DNA of 58,306 nt from Neoconidiobolus thromboides FSU 785 (lineage: Eukaryota; Fungi; Entomophthoromycota): NCBI GenBank assembly GCA_025603075.1, contig MU626388.1, forward strand, positions 1 through 58,306. Reading direction: 5' to 3'. The notes below the pieces were generated by a model that worked only from the letters and a program-made list of their open reading frames with translations, had not been told where the DNA came from and made no database searches. The position numbers were made by a program, and so were the translations under genes. Each line of letters begins with the position of its first letter. Within the stretch, counting starts at the first letter, position 1. Shown piece by piece: positions 35,709 to 48,396 of the stretch.

Positions 35709-36637
35709 ATATTATAATATTGTTATTTTACTTTTGTTTCTTGAACTGTCGAAGATTTCAAATTTCTACAGTCATACTAATGTAATACAGAGAGCTTTGA
35801 GAAATTAAGTTATAAACAAGTTAATCTTTTCAAATTACTTAGGACTAATGATTTACTAAAATGATGACAGACATGAAAGCACCAATTATAGTTAAGAGTC
35901 CAGAATACTAATAAAAATTTATTCAAATTTTTAAATTGGCAAACTGTGAAAAATGATGGGATAAAAAATTACATAACTATAGCAACGCATTAAGGCCAAA
36001 TGAGTCCTGAAATTAGTTTGAATACGGTCAAATCAAGGGAAAAGCTGTATCTGGGACTATTAAAGGAAATAAAGTGGCCTCAGTAATCATGGAAGTATAA
36101 TAAACGTTATACGTGAGGACATGATATAAAATAAGCAACTACTCTAAAAAGAGTATAAAAACATGGAAGCTAAGTTAAATGAAATATTAAACTACCATTT
36201 TAGATTTTCAAAATTACTTGTCAAGTCTTAAAATATATGGAAATAATTTACCAATAACGATATAGCTAAATCCTACCCATTTTTATTTTATTTATATACT
36301 TGATAACCAAATGTAGGACCAACATTATATTTTTCTCAAAAAGAAGACAACAACATGCTTAAAGAGGAATCCAAGAAGGCTTTGAAATTTTTTTAGATAA
36401 TACAGAATAGCTATATTCTCATATTACAAAGCTTGTGCTTGAAACTTAAAAAAATCATATATAAGGTAGTCTCAAAAAATGAAATCAAGTTACACTTTAG
36501 TGATTTTGATTAGTATGCTATTAATATATAGTAATTTATTTGCTCAAAGTAGCCTGATAAATGATATTTTAGATGATTTTAAAAGTAATAGTAATGTGAA
36601 TAACAATACGACAATGATGGTGAACACAATAGAATAT

Positions 36638-36734
36638 GGGAAGTATTTTTTTGATTTTACTGCTTTTTTCTATTTTTTAAGTACTATTTGAGTGAAAGGC
36701 CATTAGTAAAATTCTTGAGTAAAAAAACTATCCC
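36638..36734 (-). mobile_element. MITE copy in CPGP pseudogene
   Basis: ATAT TSD; empty homologous site gaATTTgct at about 33813. Confidence 0.88.
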
Positions 36735-36977
36735 ATATGCTGGCTTTGAGACACCAAGAAGATCTAATATTGTTCATGAACTTTATGTTATTAGCGCTCT
36801 ATCATATAAACTCTTTAAGCAATATAATCTAGCGCCTAGATCCTCAACTTCCAACTACTACCATAGAATGGATAACAATGGATATTGTATTCATGGAATT
36901 GAGTTGATGGCAACTGTCCTTTATGATCAGGGCCAAATTGTACAATACGCTGCTTAACTGGTATGGGAATTAGATAT

Positions 36978-37075
36978 GAGGATGTATTTTTTTGTTTAAG
37001 AATTTTGGTAACAATCTTACCACTCAAATAGCGCTTAAAAAACGAAGAAGTAATGAAATTAAAAAAAACATCCCC
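36978..37075 (+). mobile_element. MITE copy in CPGP pseudogene
   Basis: ATAT/ACAT flanks; removal restores colinearity with the CLTG...CPPP region of paralogs. Confidence 0.88.
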
Positions 37076-37716
37076 ACATCTTCTTCTTTTATGCTCGGAT
37101 TCAAAATGCCCATACCTATGTTCTGGCCCCAGATGTCCTTATATTTACCTACGACCATTATACTTGGAACTATGTCCAGGTCCAAAACGTCATATTCGTT
37201 CCTCAGGCCTAAATTGTCTAGTACCATGCTCTAGACCAAATTGTGGAACTCATGTTTATTCGCCTCAAATTTGAAATGCTAGTTACCCATATAGACCAAT
37301 TATCTTTAATATTGATATCAGAAAAAACATTTTTTACCCAGCAGATAAGTGAGATTTTATTTATTCTATTCTTCTTGAGATGATGCAACTTAGAAAATTG
37401 TGGACCAAGTGGAAATGTTGGACTTCAAAAGACTCTAAGTCAATATCAAATACGAATCAATGATTCAACTGATAGTGATATTATTGTTTCATAATTCGAA
37501 TAAATAGAATAGCAAAAATAACTAATTGTTTTTTTTGAGACTTTTTCATCATATTTATTTAGTTGGCTTGTTATATTTTACGCTTGTTTTATAAAAATAA
37601 ATAAACTAAAATTATATCATTGAAATAAATCGTTAATCATTAGAATTATTAAAACTATTAAAATTTAGGTGCAATTTAAATTATTATTAAAAGTTTAAAT
37701 TGAAAAATCACTTATT

Positions 37717-38544
37717 TTATTGTTGATCTAATGGAGTAATTGATAATCTGTCATCGGTAGGCTTTAAAATCTTGACTTGGTATTGATTATTTGGTAAACG
37801 GTCACAACGTAAGCAATCATCAGGTCCACAGATTTTAATTGGCTTAAGTCCTTCATAAATGATTATACATTTCCCTTTACTATTGTTATTAATGATAATA
37901 TTTTGATTAATATTAACATTAAAGATAATGGGTCTTCCGTTAAATCCAATATTACATACCTGTGGAGGGCAAATAATATTTCCACAATTTGGTCCATAGC
38001 ATGGAACTGGGCATAAGGGCCCTGGACATGGCACTGGACAATTTGGACCTGGACAAACAATTGGACATCTTGGACCTGGACATAATTTTGGACATAATGG
38101 GCCAGGGCAGATATATGGACAATTAGGTCCTGGACATGGGTATGGACAATTAGGCCCTGGGCATATAGGAGGAGGACAACCAGGTTCTCTGCCAGTCAAG
38201 CAAGGTATTGGACAATTAAGGCCTTGGCATGGTGGACATTGGTTATTTCCACCTCCGAGACAGCATCCATTGGTATCTTTTCCATAACAACATCCCTCTC
38301 TTCCAAATTTACATTTGCCAAAATGATTTTTGTAAAACAAATAACCTAAATACCAGATAACTGGACCACGAGATTTACCCTGTTTCAGCTCGACTCCAGT
38401 ATCAAATACTGCATAATCAAGTCCAGGTTGTGGATCACTTAATGTGTTATTCCCACTAGCATTGGAATCAGAATCTTCAGCAAAGGCTATCCCAGATAGA
38501 CTTAATATAGTTAAGACGCTTGCGATTGTAGATAAAAATTTCAT
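37717..38544 (-). CDS. Secreted (CPGPxCPxx)n Cys/Pro-rich protein, 275 aa
   Basis: Signal peptide; closest to 10011-12140 (DTGVELKQ..SRGP.IWYLGYLFYK.HF). Confidence 0.9.
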   Translation of the reverse strand: MKFLSTIASVLTILSLSGIAFAEDSDSNASGNNTLSDPQPGLDYAVFDTGVELKQGKSRGPVIWYLGYLFYKNHFGKCKFGREGCCYGKDTNGCCLGGGNNQCPPCQGLNCPIPCLTGREPGCPPPICPGPNCPYPCPGPNCPYICPGPLCPKLCPGPRCPIVCPGPNCPVPCPGPLCPVPCYGPNCGNIICPPQVCNIGFNGRPIIFNVNINQNIIINNNSKGKCIIIYEGLKPIKICGPDDCLRCDRLPNNQYQVKILKPTDDRLSITPLDQQ

Positions 38545-39070
38545 AATATAAGTGTTTATAGCTCAGCTATAGTAAACAATAGAAAACATCAACTTGCTTT
38601 TAAAAGGGAGAGTTTTTATTTTTGCTAGCTGATCTCAATTTTCAATCTACAGCATTTTATGTTGATCTTTAGTTGAAGTTTTGTCTAAATAAATTTAGCA
38701 TAATTATATACCACCCCATTTTAATGATAAAATTCTATTTTTATGAATGTCAAATTGATTTAGTATATCATATTTCTTTAGCCACATCTATTTAAATAGA
38801 CTTTTTGAATAAATAAATAAATGATAAAATAAATAAAGCTATTTTACTTTGATATGTCTGATCTCTTACTAAAATAAAGAAAATCTAAGAATAATGAAAG
38901 GATAGAGCTTTTTTGAGTTAAATAAAAATAGGCAAAAATTCAACTTAATCAAAAAAACACATGTCAATTATAATAAAAAAATAGCAATTGCTGGGAGGAA
39001 TTAAAAGTAATATAAAAATACAATAATATCAAAACATAAAATAAAAAACGTAGATTAACATTATATCGAA

Positions 39071-39646
39071 ATGAATTTCTTAATAGTACTTTTATGCTTT
39101 AACCTTAACTTATTGGGAGAAGTTTATAGCCAAAAGGACCCATTTAGTCAAACTGGATGTATACCAAAATATAGCGGAAGTTTAAATAAGGAGCAGCAAA
39201 AACAAAACTTAAGATGTTATACACCTACTGTAACTGGAAAATGTTTTGCTTACTTTAAAAGCTATCATTATGATCCAAAAAGCAATCAATGTATATCAGG
39301 AGTATACGGGGGTTGTGATGATGGCTGTCAAGCATTTAATACTGTAGAAGAATGTAATTCAGCGTGTACTTCAAAGCCAAAAGATGATATCATTGATCCT
39401 TTTGATGGGTTTAGTCAATTAAAGTGTACTGTTACTGCTGACCGACTAGGTCAAGATAAATATAAGCATCTTCCGATCACATGTTTCGTTCAAAGTAAAA
39501 TGGGGACATGCCGTATGAGCATACCTTCTTTCCATTTCGATCCTGTAACTAATTCTTGTGTTTCGACTACTTTTGGTGGGTGCTCTGACGGCTGTAGAGC
39601 TTTCGAATCTATGCTAGATTGCCAAAATGCATGCTTGCCCTCTTGA
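39071..39646 (+). CDS. Secreted double Kunitz/BPTI-like protease inhibitor
   Basis: Signal peptide; two domains with canonical Kunitz Cys spacing plus extra Cys pair. Confidence 0.85.
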   Translation: MNFLIVLLCFNLNLLGEVYSQKDPFSQTGCIPKYSGSLNKEQQKQNLRCYTPTVTGKCFAYFKSYHYDPKSNQCISGVYGGCDDGCQAFNTVEECNSACTSKPKDDIIDPFDGFSQLKCTVTADRLGQDKYKHLPITCFVQSKMGTCRMSIPSFHFDPVTNSCVSTTFGGCSDGCRAFESMLDCQNACLPS

Positions 39647-39908
39647 ATTTTTTGATTATTATATATTTATGAATTTTAATAAATTGCTCTTTAATTACAA
39701 TTGAGGTGTTTGTTTAGAATGAGAGATATGACTTTTTTAAAGCAATAAATAATTTTTTGTTAATTTAACTATCAATTATTATTCTCAGTATTATGTTTAA
39801 TTTGTAAAATAATAAAATATTCAATTAATAAGCCAATTATGAATTTCTATTTTTCTAATCTAAATCAAAAATTTATTTTTATCTTTCAACTTTTTTAGTT
39901 TAAATAGA

Positions 39909-41139
39909 ATGGTAAAACAATATACATTAAATTAATTCAACTAATACATTAAATAAGAGCACTAAAAACAAAAGTAAGAAAGGGAGTGGTAATTGGGAAA
40001 ACCTGAAAAAAGTAAGCACACGATTGTTAGGATTAAGAAAGAAATATGTTAATACAGGATTAGGAATTGCTTGGGAAAGAAAAGGTAGCTAAAAGGAAAA
40101 AGAATGAAAATGCTGAAGATAAAGAAAGTGTTAAGAGTGTTAAAGTACAAAAAGAAAGTATACGATTAAAAAAGAACAAGAATATTAAAGATGTCGGGGT
40201 AAAAGAAGAAATAACGAAGAACAAAATAAAGATCAATAATAAAATTCAAATTGAAGATAAAACTAAAATTGTAAAAAGCAAAGTAATAAAAGAAACGGAA
40301 CAAAGTAAGTATAATTTTATTTTTTATATAATTGATCATAAAATATAACTTTGCTCAAAGAAAGTAATAAACTGGAAATCGTAAAACAAGATGAAAGGTA
40401 AGTTATAAAACATAATTTTAAATTATTTAGTAATTAAGCATTAGTAGTTTGAAATCGGGTGAAGACATCAGCGATCATTTAAAAAAACTATTATTAGGAG
40501 AATTCAAAGCCAATATTAGTTTAGTGACTAAGTAAATTACATAAATATAATTAGAAAATAAGATTTATTTTGTTAGAATAGGTAAAATATTAGCTATAGA
40601 CTGTGAAATGGTAGGAGTAGGCGTAAATGCAAGTGAAAGTGCATTGGCACGTGTATCAATAGTAAATTATTATGGGATAGTAATTTATGATACGCATGTA
40701 AAAGTCGATAAAATAGTAACTGATTTTCGTACTTGGGTATCTGGGATTTTACCTAAACATTTGAAAGATGCTCCGAGTTTTGAAGAAGTACAAATTAAAG
40801 TATTAGAATTATTAAAAAATAGAATATTAGTTGGACATAGTATAAAAAATGATCTAAAAGCATTAAAAATTCAGCATCCAGAAAGAAATATTAGAGATAC
40901 TGCTAAATACTATCCTTTAAAGCAAATAAATAATAATAAGGCACCTTCTTTAAAGAAATTATGCACTAACTTATTAGGTATCGATATCCAAGGCGCTTCT
41001 CATTCCTCAGTAACTTTCATAAGCATTGATTGAATTTTTTTATTTATTTATTTTATAGGTTGAAGATGCACAAGCTACTATGGCAATTTATAGACGATTT
41101 GAAACCTATTGGGAACAATCACTTAGAGCCAATAAATAA
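39909..41139 (+). CDS. REX4: RNA exonuclease 4 (DEDDh), multi-exon
   Basis: SGNWENLKK N-terminal motif, Lys-rich region, AIDCEMVGVG..LARVSIVN...DFRTWVSGI...LVGHSIKNDL...HSSVEDAQATM; 5' exon structure inferred. Confidence 0.88.
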
Positions 41140-43051
41140 TTATAGAATTTTGTTATAGTTAAATTAGTTTATATTAATTGTAAATAATCTATGTAATTAA
41201 GTTATTTATTTTTGGGTAAATTTATTTATATTTATTCTATTTTATTTTATTAGATAACTAAGCTATAATGCTAACATTTTAACCAGTTCATTATTTTATT
41301 TAATAAAATAACAATTAAATTAATATCGTAAACATTTTAAAAAAAAACCAGCTTATTATTTACTAATACTATATCTCAATTATTGTTAGAAGTTTAAAAT
41401 TCTTATACCTTTTTTATAATTATATTCAGTTATAAGCTATTAAATTCGTGTGATAAGAATCCGATGGTCTTCATAAAACCTAATAACTTAATAAAATAAA
41501 TATTATAAAAACCAAGTAAATGGTATATAACAAAATCAAAGATCAATAATCGGTAAAAGATTAATGTATAGATTTTTCAAAACAGTAACTTGGATTAAGT
41601 TTGGTGTTTTCATTATAGTATATATATGTTATATTATACTTATATAAACAAAGGATAGCTTATAATAACAACATTTATTTTTAGTAAATATTCAATAGAA
41701 GTGTACGATATATAAGTTGCTATTTACGAAAGCACTTTTAATATTGCAAAGTTGGTGTAAAATTTGCAATGCAGGATAATGTGATTTTATTAAGAATTTT
41801 TTAAGAATTTTTTTGAAATATAAACTGCTTAAGCAAATGAGGTATGGAAGTAAGGAGACATTTCTAATATAGAACTCACGCTTTTCTATTAAATATCCTC
41901 TAGTATGGGTTATTTAAATATGACGGATCCCATCCCTCAAGATGCCATATTACACCTAGAAGTACAATTATACTAAACAGTATATAATTTAATTAGTAAT
42001 ATTACACTATAACTTATAAAATTATCAAACCTATTATTAGAAAATTTACTATTGATAGTCTTTTTATTTTATCTATGGTTAAGAATTTGAGTTTGAGCAC
42101 GGGATTAAAACTTAGCCAATGGAGCAAGTATTTTATTTTGTATAGAACCCAAGCTAAAAACAGGTAGACCATAATATGGTTGTGAAATAACGGTAGATAA
42201 ATTTTGTCAGGCTTTGACATTTAAAATTTTGTATTCATTTTTGAAAAGTCAATTGGGAAGTCTAAGTTAATACTATCTAATTTCATTTATTAAGTACTAA
42301 AGGCTTTTAAAATTGTAGGTTACTTAAAGTTAAATGCAAATGTAATTGTAAGATAAAATACATTCTATAATGAATAAGCATTAATGTTTAATTAAATTTG
42401 TGTCATTATAATAAGTTTAAAGTTCTTCTATCTTTTATGAATAATAATATTTTATAGTCATTTTTAACTTAAATTTAATAAAAATAGTCAAGTTACTTTT
42501 TATACAAAGCTTAGTTAAAGAATAAATTATCATCAGAAAAATAGCATTAAACCAAAACCAGAAAATGTTTCAAATTTTTATTTAATTAATGCTTTAATAC
42601 ACATTAACTACTATATGCAACACTGGTATATTTTTACTTAACTACTTGGTGAGCGTAAATATTTTGCAGAATCAATATCCTAATATGATCTAAATAGGTA
42701 ACTTAATGTTTTTATATATGTTGTTGAGCATATATCAAGGGAGTAATAATACTTATATTCATAACTTTTGGTTCATTTTTTAATTTGTATTTAATATAAA
42801 GGCGAGAAATTTATTGGTCCTAGCTATTTTTATGATGAGGTTTAATCAAGTGATCACGTTAGAACCTTACAGCCAATAAAATAAGGTGAATAAAACTTAA
42901 ATTTCGGTTCAGTAAAAAGTTTACTTATTATATTACCAAATTAAGGAATCTGCCACCTTATATTAATATAATTTATTTGATGTTAATTTTTGAAGAACTG
43001 ATATAAATAGAAAGGCTGAAGAAATTAAAAAATTATCTTTTTTTATTTAAG

Positions 43052-44731
43052 ATGAAAGTTTCTATTTTAATTACTTCATTATTATCTTTAGTCGTAGCTC
43101 ATCCCGATGCTATCTGGCCAAAAGTCGCAAAGTATACCGCCGGTAACTCAACCTTAATTGTTGGTGATAACTTTAAAATCACCGCCAACACCAGTTGTGA
43201 CAGATTAAATCGTGTCATTGGTCGTTATCAAAATTTGGTTATCACTGAAAAATGGGTCCCAGTTGTACCAACTTTCCGTGGTAGCTTAGATTCCCGTGCT
43301 CTTCCATCTATCAGTGAACTTAAAGTCAATGTAAAGGATACTAACAATGAGTACGATGACAAGACTGATGAACAATATACTTTAACTATTAATGATAAAG
43401 GTGCCTCTATTAATGCTCAAACTGTTTATGGTGCCATCCGTGGTTTGGAATCCTTTACTCAATTAGTAGAATGGAACAAAAATCATGGTTTACATTTCGT
43501 TACCCACACTCCATTAACTATTGAAGATGCTCCTAAGTTTTCTCACCGTGGTTTATTATTAGATAGCAGTCGTAACTTTTTCCCAATCAAGGATATCAAA
43601 CGTACCATTGATGCTCTCTCTTACAACAAAATGAATGTATTACACTGGCATTTAACTGATTCCCACTCTTGGCCATTTAAATCAGAGAAACATCCAAAAT
43701 TATGGCAAACTGGAGCTATTTTCCCAGATCAAACTTATTCATTTGCTGAAATTGCAGAACTTATCGAATATGGTTTAGATCGTGGTGTACGTATTATCCC
43801 AGAATTAGAAGCCCCAGCTCACTCATATGCTATTGGTAAAGCTTATCCTGAAGTTGCTGTATGTATGGATGACTTAGAATGGGATGTTGTAGCTGCCCAA
43901 CCAGTATCTGGTCAAATTGATCCAACTAATCCTAAATCTGTTGCTATTGTTAATGATCTTATTGATGAATTCTCTAAGGTATTCAAAGATAAATATTTAC
44001 ATTTATCAGGTGATGAAGTCAATTATAAATGCTGGAATACTTCTGAAAAGATTCGTAACTATGTTAGAGACAACAAGGTTACTTTAGAAAGTCTTCTCAA
44101 TGTATTCGCTGAAGGTATGCACAAACGTGCAATTGAAAACAAGAAATCTATCATGGTATGGGAAGAAATTATTTTACAACATAATGTTACTTTACCAAAA
44201 GATTCTTTAGTTCAAGTTTGGTTGGGTGCTGAAGATACTAAGAAGGTTATTGAACGTGGTTACCGTGTTGTTGCTTCATCTTATCAATACTGGTATCTTG
44301 ACTGTGGTCGTGGTACCTGGGTAGGTGATGCTCCATCTGGTGGTTCTTGGTGTGATCCTTTCAAACACTGGCAAATGGTTTATACTTATGATCTTCTTAA
44401 GAACCTTAATGCTGATCAACAAAAATTAGTAGCTGGTGGTGAAGTAACTGTATGGTCTGAACAAGTCGATGAAGTCAATCTTGATCGTTTTGCCTGGCCA
44501 CGTACTTCAGCTGCTGCTGAAGTTCTTTGGTCTGGTAACCGTGATGCCAGCGGTAAGGTCGTACGTACCAAACCAGTTGTCCCACGTTTCAATAACTTCC
44601 GTTTCAAGATGGTATCTCGTGGTATCAATGCTGATGCTACTCAACCATTATGGTGTGTCGTTAACCCAGGACGTTGTGACTCCACCTCTTCTTTAAAGCA
44701 ATGGACTTTACCATATGAACCTAAAGCCTAA
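43052..44731 (+). CDS. Secreted beta-N-acetylhexosaminidase (GH20)
   Basis: HRGLLLDSSRNF, NKMNVLHWHLTDSHSWP, HLSGDEV catalytic DE, WYLDCG, GGEVTVWSEQVD, AWPRTSAAAEVLWSG. Confidence 0.97.
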   Translation: MKVSILITSLLSLVVAHPDAIWPKVAKYTAGNSTLIVGDNFKITANTSCDRLNRVIGRYQNLVITEKWVPVVPTFRGSLDSRALPSISELKVNVKDTNNEYDDKTDEQYTLTINDKGASINAQTVYGAIRGLESFTQLVEWNKNHGLHFVTHTPLTIEDAPKFSHRGLLLDSSRNFFPIKDIKRTIDALSYNKMNVLHWHLTDSHSWPFKSEKHPKLWQTGAIFPDQTYSFAEIAELIEYGLDRGVRIIPELEAPAHSYAIGKAYPEVAVCMDDLEWDVVAAQPVSGQIDPTNPKSVAIVNDLIDEFSKVFKDKYLHLSGDEVNYKCWNTSEKIRNYVRDNKVTLESLLNVFAEGMHKRAIENKKSIMVWEEIILQHNVTLPKDSLVQVWLGAEDTKKVIERGYRVVASSYQYWYLDCGRGTWVGDAPSGGSWCDPFKHWQMVYTYDLLKNLNADQQKLVAGGEVTVWSEQVDEVNLDRFAWPRTSAAAEVLWSGNRDASGKVVRTKPVVPRFNNFRFKMVSRGINADATQPLWCVVNPGRCDSTSSLKQWTLPYEPKA

Positions 44732-46091
44732 TTTCAAAATTTGCTATTACATTAAATAAATAATATTTAAACATTTCATTAAAACTAAGAATTTTTAATT
44801 TATTAAACAACTCTTTTTAAAAATAAAATTTCTTTAAATAGCAAATACGATTTTCCACATAATATATATCACTATCAATATTAAAACTAACTTCGTTTAG
44901 TATACTAATATTAATATGTAAGGGTTGTCATTATTTATATATTTTTATACTTTTATATGTCATACAATTATGTCTCAAAAGCTCTAAAAACCTCTCTTTA
45001 CAAATTCCAATTTTATCTCTAAGATGCAAAAGTCTTTAAGTACAAGGATTGATTTTTGCTTTTAGTAATAGTAAACTTATCAATAACCAGCTTTTTGAAT
45101 TATATCATCATAGTTTCTCGTATCAGTTCTATACATTGCTTCTTTCACAATTAATATCCCTCTACTTTTCCCACCTTTACACTTCTAAGCTTATAAGCCT
45201 TGAGAGTGTTCTATATTGAAGTGCTTTAAAAAAATACTCCGAAAAAAAATAAGGTATCAAAGGCTTTGCAGACATTTTGAGAAGCACTGGTAATAAAACT
45301 ATCTATGGTTTGTTATTCTTATAAATCATTATACGTATTAGACAAAAGGCAAAAGGGATATAGGAAGTAAACTGGCTGAAAATGATAGTATCTTAAATTT
45401 TTTTAGTAATAACAAAATAGGTTACCTTTTTAGGTAGAATGTCTTAAAAATTTATTAACAATGCTATTACATAATCTAATACTAGTAGTCCAGGTTGCTA
45501 TTTTTAAAGGAGAACCTATCTAGGTTAAGCTGTCTTAAAGCGTTTTTTTAAAAATCCTTCAGAATTCAAAAGGCAGAATGGTTTACTTGAATACTGAAAT
45601 ACTAAAAAAATAACAAAGACAAGGGTAATAACAAAAAGGGGAAACATAATGGCTTTGAAGCTTTATAAAGGATTAATAATTTATCTATGTTAGTGTATGG
45701 TAATGTTCTTTTCAATTATTGTTTATTTTTAGATTTCAAAATTTTAAAAAGTATCGGTCAAATTTTGCAACAAAAAAACATGTTTTTTGAAAAAATTCAA
45801 AAATAACACGGAGGATGTTTTTTAGCAATCATCTTTTTGCTATTTTTGCTATTTTTAAAATCTAGAAATTGATTAGCTAGTCCATTGCTTAAGCTTGGAT
45901 GATGGTAGCTAAACTATTCATTTTAAAATAAAAACTAAATTAACAAGTCTTAAACCAGAATAATAGAACAAATAGTTGGTTATAAAATTGATCATTTATC
46001 GGCACACATTTGAACTTAAACAGTTGTATTGTTTAATTTGGATTTTAAAAAAACACTTAATGAAGGTAATAGGTAAAAAACATTTCCATAT

Positions 46092-46190
46092 GGGGATGCA
46101 TTTTTATATTTAAGAATTTCAGTGATAGTTTTTCCACTTAAATAACGCTTAAAAGATAGAAAAAGTAATGAGGCCAAAAAAAACACCCCC
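46092..46190 (+). mobile_element. MITE copy
   Basis: ATAT TSD. Confidence 0.9.
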
Positions 46191-46340
46191 ATATATTGAA
46201 AATTTGGTTTTATTAAAAATTGGCACTTATTTTCCTTATTAGTTATATAGTCATTATTTTTTTGTTATTAGATAAAATAGATGAAAATTCCTATTAATAT
46301 TTTGTGTAGCTTTTATCCTACTCTTTATAATAGCGAATAA

Positions 46341-47770
46341 CTATATAATTGATGGTATTCTTGTATGATATTCTCTAGATTCTGAAGAATGACCAAGGAC
46401 AGTTTCATTGATTGAGCAATTCTCTTGATTAATCATGTTCATGTTTCCTATTTGATTCAAGTATAAACTCCCAGTTAATCCGGTATTGTTATCATCGTTT
46501 TATGAGGATAGGAAAAAATGGCACTGATATTGCTGTCGTTGCTATCTAAATGAATGCTTGGGTTGATAAAAATAGGGCCAATAATGATACTTGAAAGCTT
46601 TTCTTTTTTCAATTTATGTCTATAGAACATTAAAAATATACCCGATAAAACTATAAGTCCAATTATTCCTCCTATAGTGCCAGTAACTATAGCTCTAAGG
46701 TTACTATTATCGGTGGAATCATTTGTATTGCTATTGATATCACTACTTTCTTTTAATAACGAAGGTAAACTTTCAATATCTTGCCAAGTTTGTGTGTCTA
46801 ATGTTTGTGTTTTATCTGAACTTTTGGGAACCCACCCTAGCCTATCTGAAGATTGAGAAAATCCATTATTGAATGAATTTATTACATAATTATCATAATT
46901 AACAAAGCAGCCCCAAGCACTTATTCTAACAACCTTATCTACTTTAGTAAATGAAAATAGTTGTTTTTAATTCAAACACTTTGATTGAGTTGTCCTCTAT
47001 AAACCAGATCCCAAAAAATGGATTGATTGGTTAAATTTTATAAGTCGAATTTCCCAAAACTTTTATGAGGAATTTCATGAGAAGCTAGCTCAAATGACGA
47101 TAAATCCAATTCATGTAATATACTACAATTGACGCCTATTAGAATACTTTCTATTGAGACTTTAAAGTAATATAACCTATTATTTGAAATAAATGATAGC
47201 TCAGTCTTCATTTTACTTGGTGCTTCACAGATTGTTTTGGTTTCCTTTGATTCAATATCAAATAACTTTATTTAATAATTTATACCTTTATCTAATCAGA
47301 AATTATGAAAAAACTCAGATAAGTAGAACTATTTTACATTGCACTCACCATGTACAATTGTATATTTTTTAGAGTAATCCATAAAGCTTCCTATCTCTGG
47401 CTGATAAGATATCTCTTTAACCAAATGTTTATCATACCGTCCGTCTTTATCAATATCAAGCTAATTTATTTTTACAGATGAGCCTAGTTTGCCAAAAAAG
47501 AAGCCAACCGTTGTATTCTTTTAATTAGAGTCTTCAATATAAAAAAGGTTTGGATATATGGAATATTTTGGGGTTATTAATGGTATATACCTTTCCCGCG
47601 ATGCCACATTGTTGTATAAAGTTGCTCCCCTTTTAAAATTTAGTTTGAAAAAGTAAAAGCCCTTTGAGAAAAATGTTTACTTTACGATTTATACCAGTAT
47701 AATTATAATTAAGAATCGCGTCCTTTACTAGAGTTGTACCAAATTTTTCATAAGATAACATCGCATTCTT
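46341..47770 (-). pseudogene. Decayed paralog of the kelch-like membrane protein
   Basis: KLNFKRGATLYNNVASRERY, AWGCFVNYDNY, SDKTQTLDTQTWQDIESLPSLL, TM GTIGGIIG, C-terminal YHTRIPSII*; many stops and frameshifts; 5' limit approximate. Confidence 0.8.
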
Positions 47771-48000
47771 AATATATTAAATTACTAAAGATGTAAAGTT
47801 ATATAAAAAAGTATAAAGTTATAAGTGAATTATAGATCATCAACTTGATAAAATTAAAATAATGTTAATAGATAACTGTATATAAAGCTTTTTTTTTTTA
47901 TTATGTTTTTTAGAAAGAACAATAACTTTTAGTAAATGTAAACTAATAGAAATAATAAAATTTTAATTTTTTAATTTTTTAATTTATTTAATTAGGATAC

Positions 48001-48098
48001 AGAGATATATTTTCTTGTTTAAGAATTTTACTAACAACCTTTCCACTCAAATAACACTTAAAAAATGGAAAAGTAATGAAATCAAAAAAAACACCCTC
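48001..48098 (+). mobile_element. MITE copy
   Basis: Perfect ATAC TSD. Confidence 0.88.
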
Positions 48099-48396
48099 AT
48101 ACACTACTAATTTAGTATTAAATTATAATTTTCAAGTATATTGTATTATATGATGTGACAGATTTAATTTGCAAATAGCATTAATCTATAATCATAAATT
48201 TATGGATTGGTTTTATTTGTATATTATATGGTTTATTAAAATATTTTTATCATTTTTCAATTATAATAGTTAAAAATTACAAACCAAATAATAGTCTAAT
48301 AATTTTAATATAATTTAAAGCCAAGATGTAAGCACGTAATCTTCAAAAGTTTTACACTTCTAAGTAATAGAAGTATAAGCTGCTTGTTTTATATAG

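Larger units (their letters stand above)
36479..37494 (+). pseudogene. Pseudogene of the CPGP family with two MITE insertions
   Basis: Signal peptide like 33681 gene (MKSSYTLVILISMLL), EYAGFETP, degenerate CPGP codons, YPYRPIIFNI, frameshifts. Confidence 0.85.

Noticed and set aside
35000-36200. Coding-like relics between the CPGP genes
   Set aside because: Fragmented frames, unassignable by eye.
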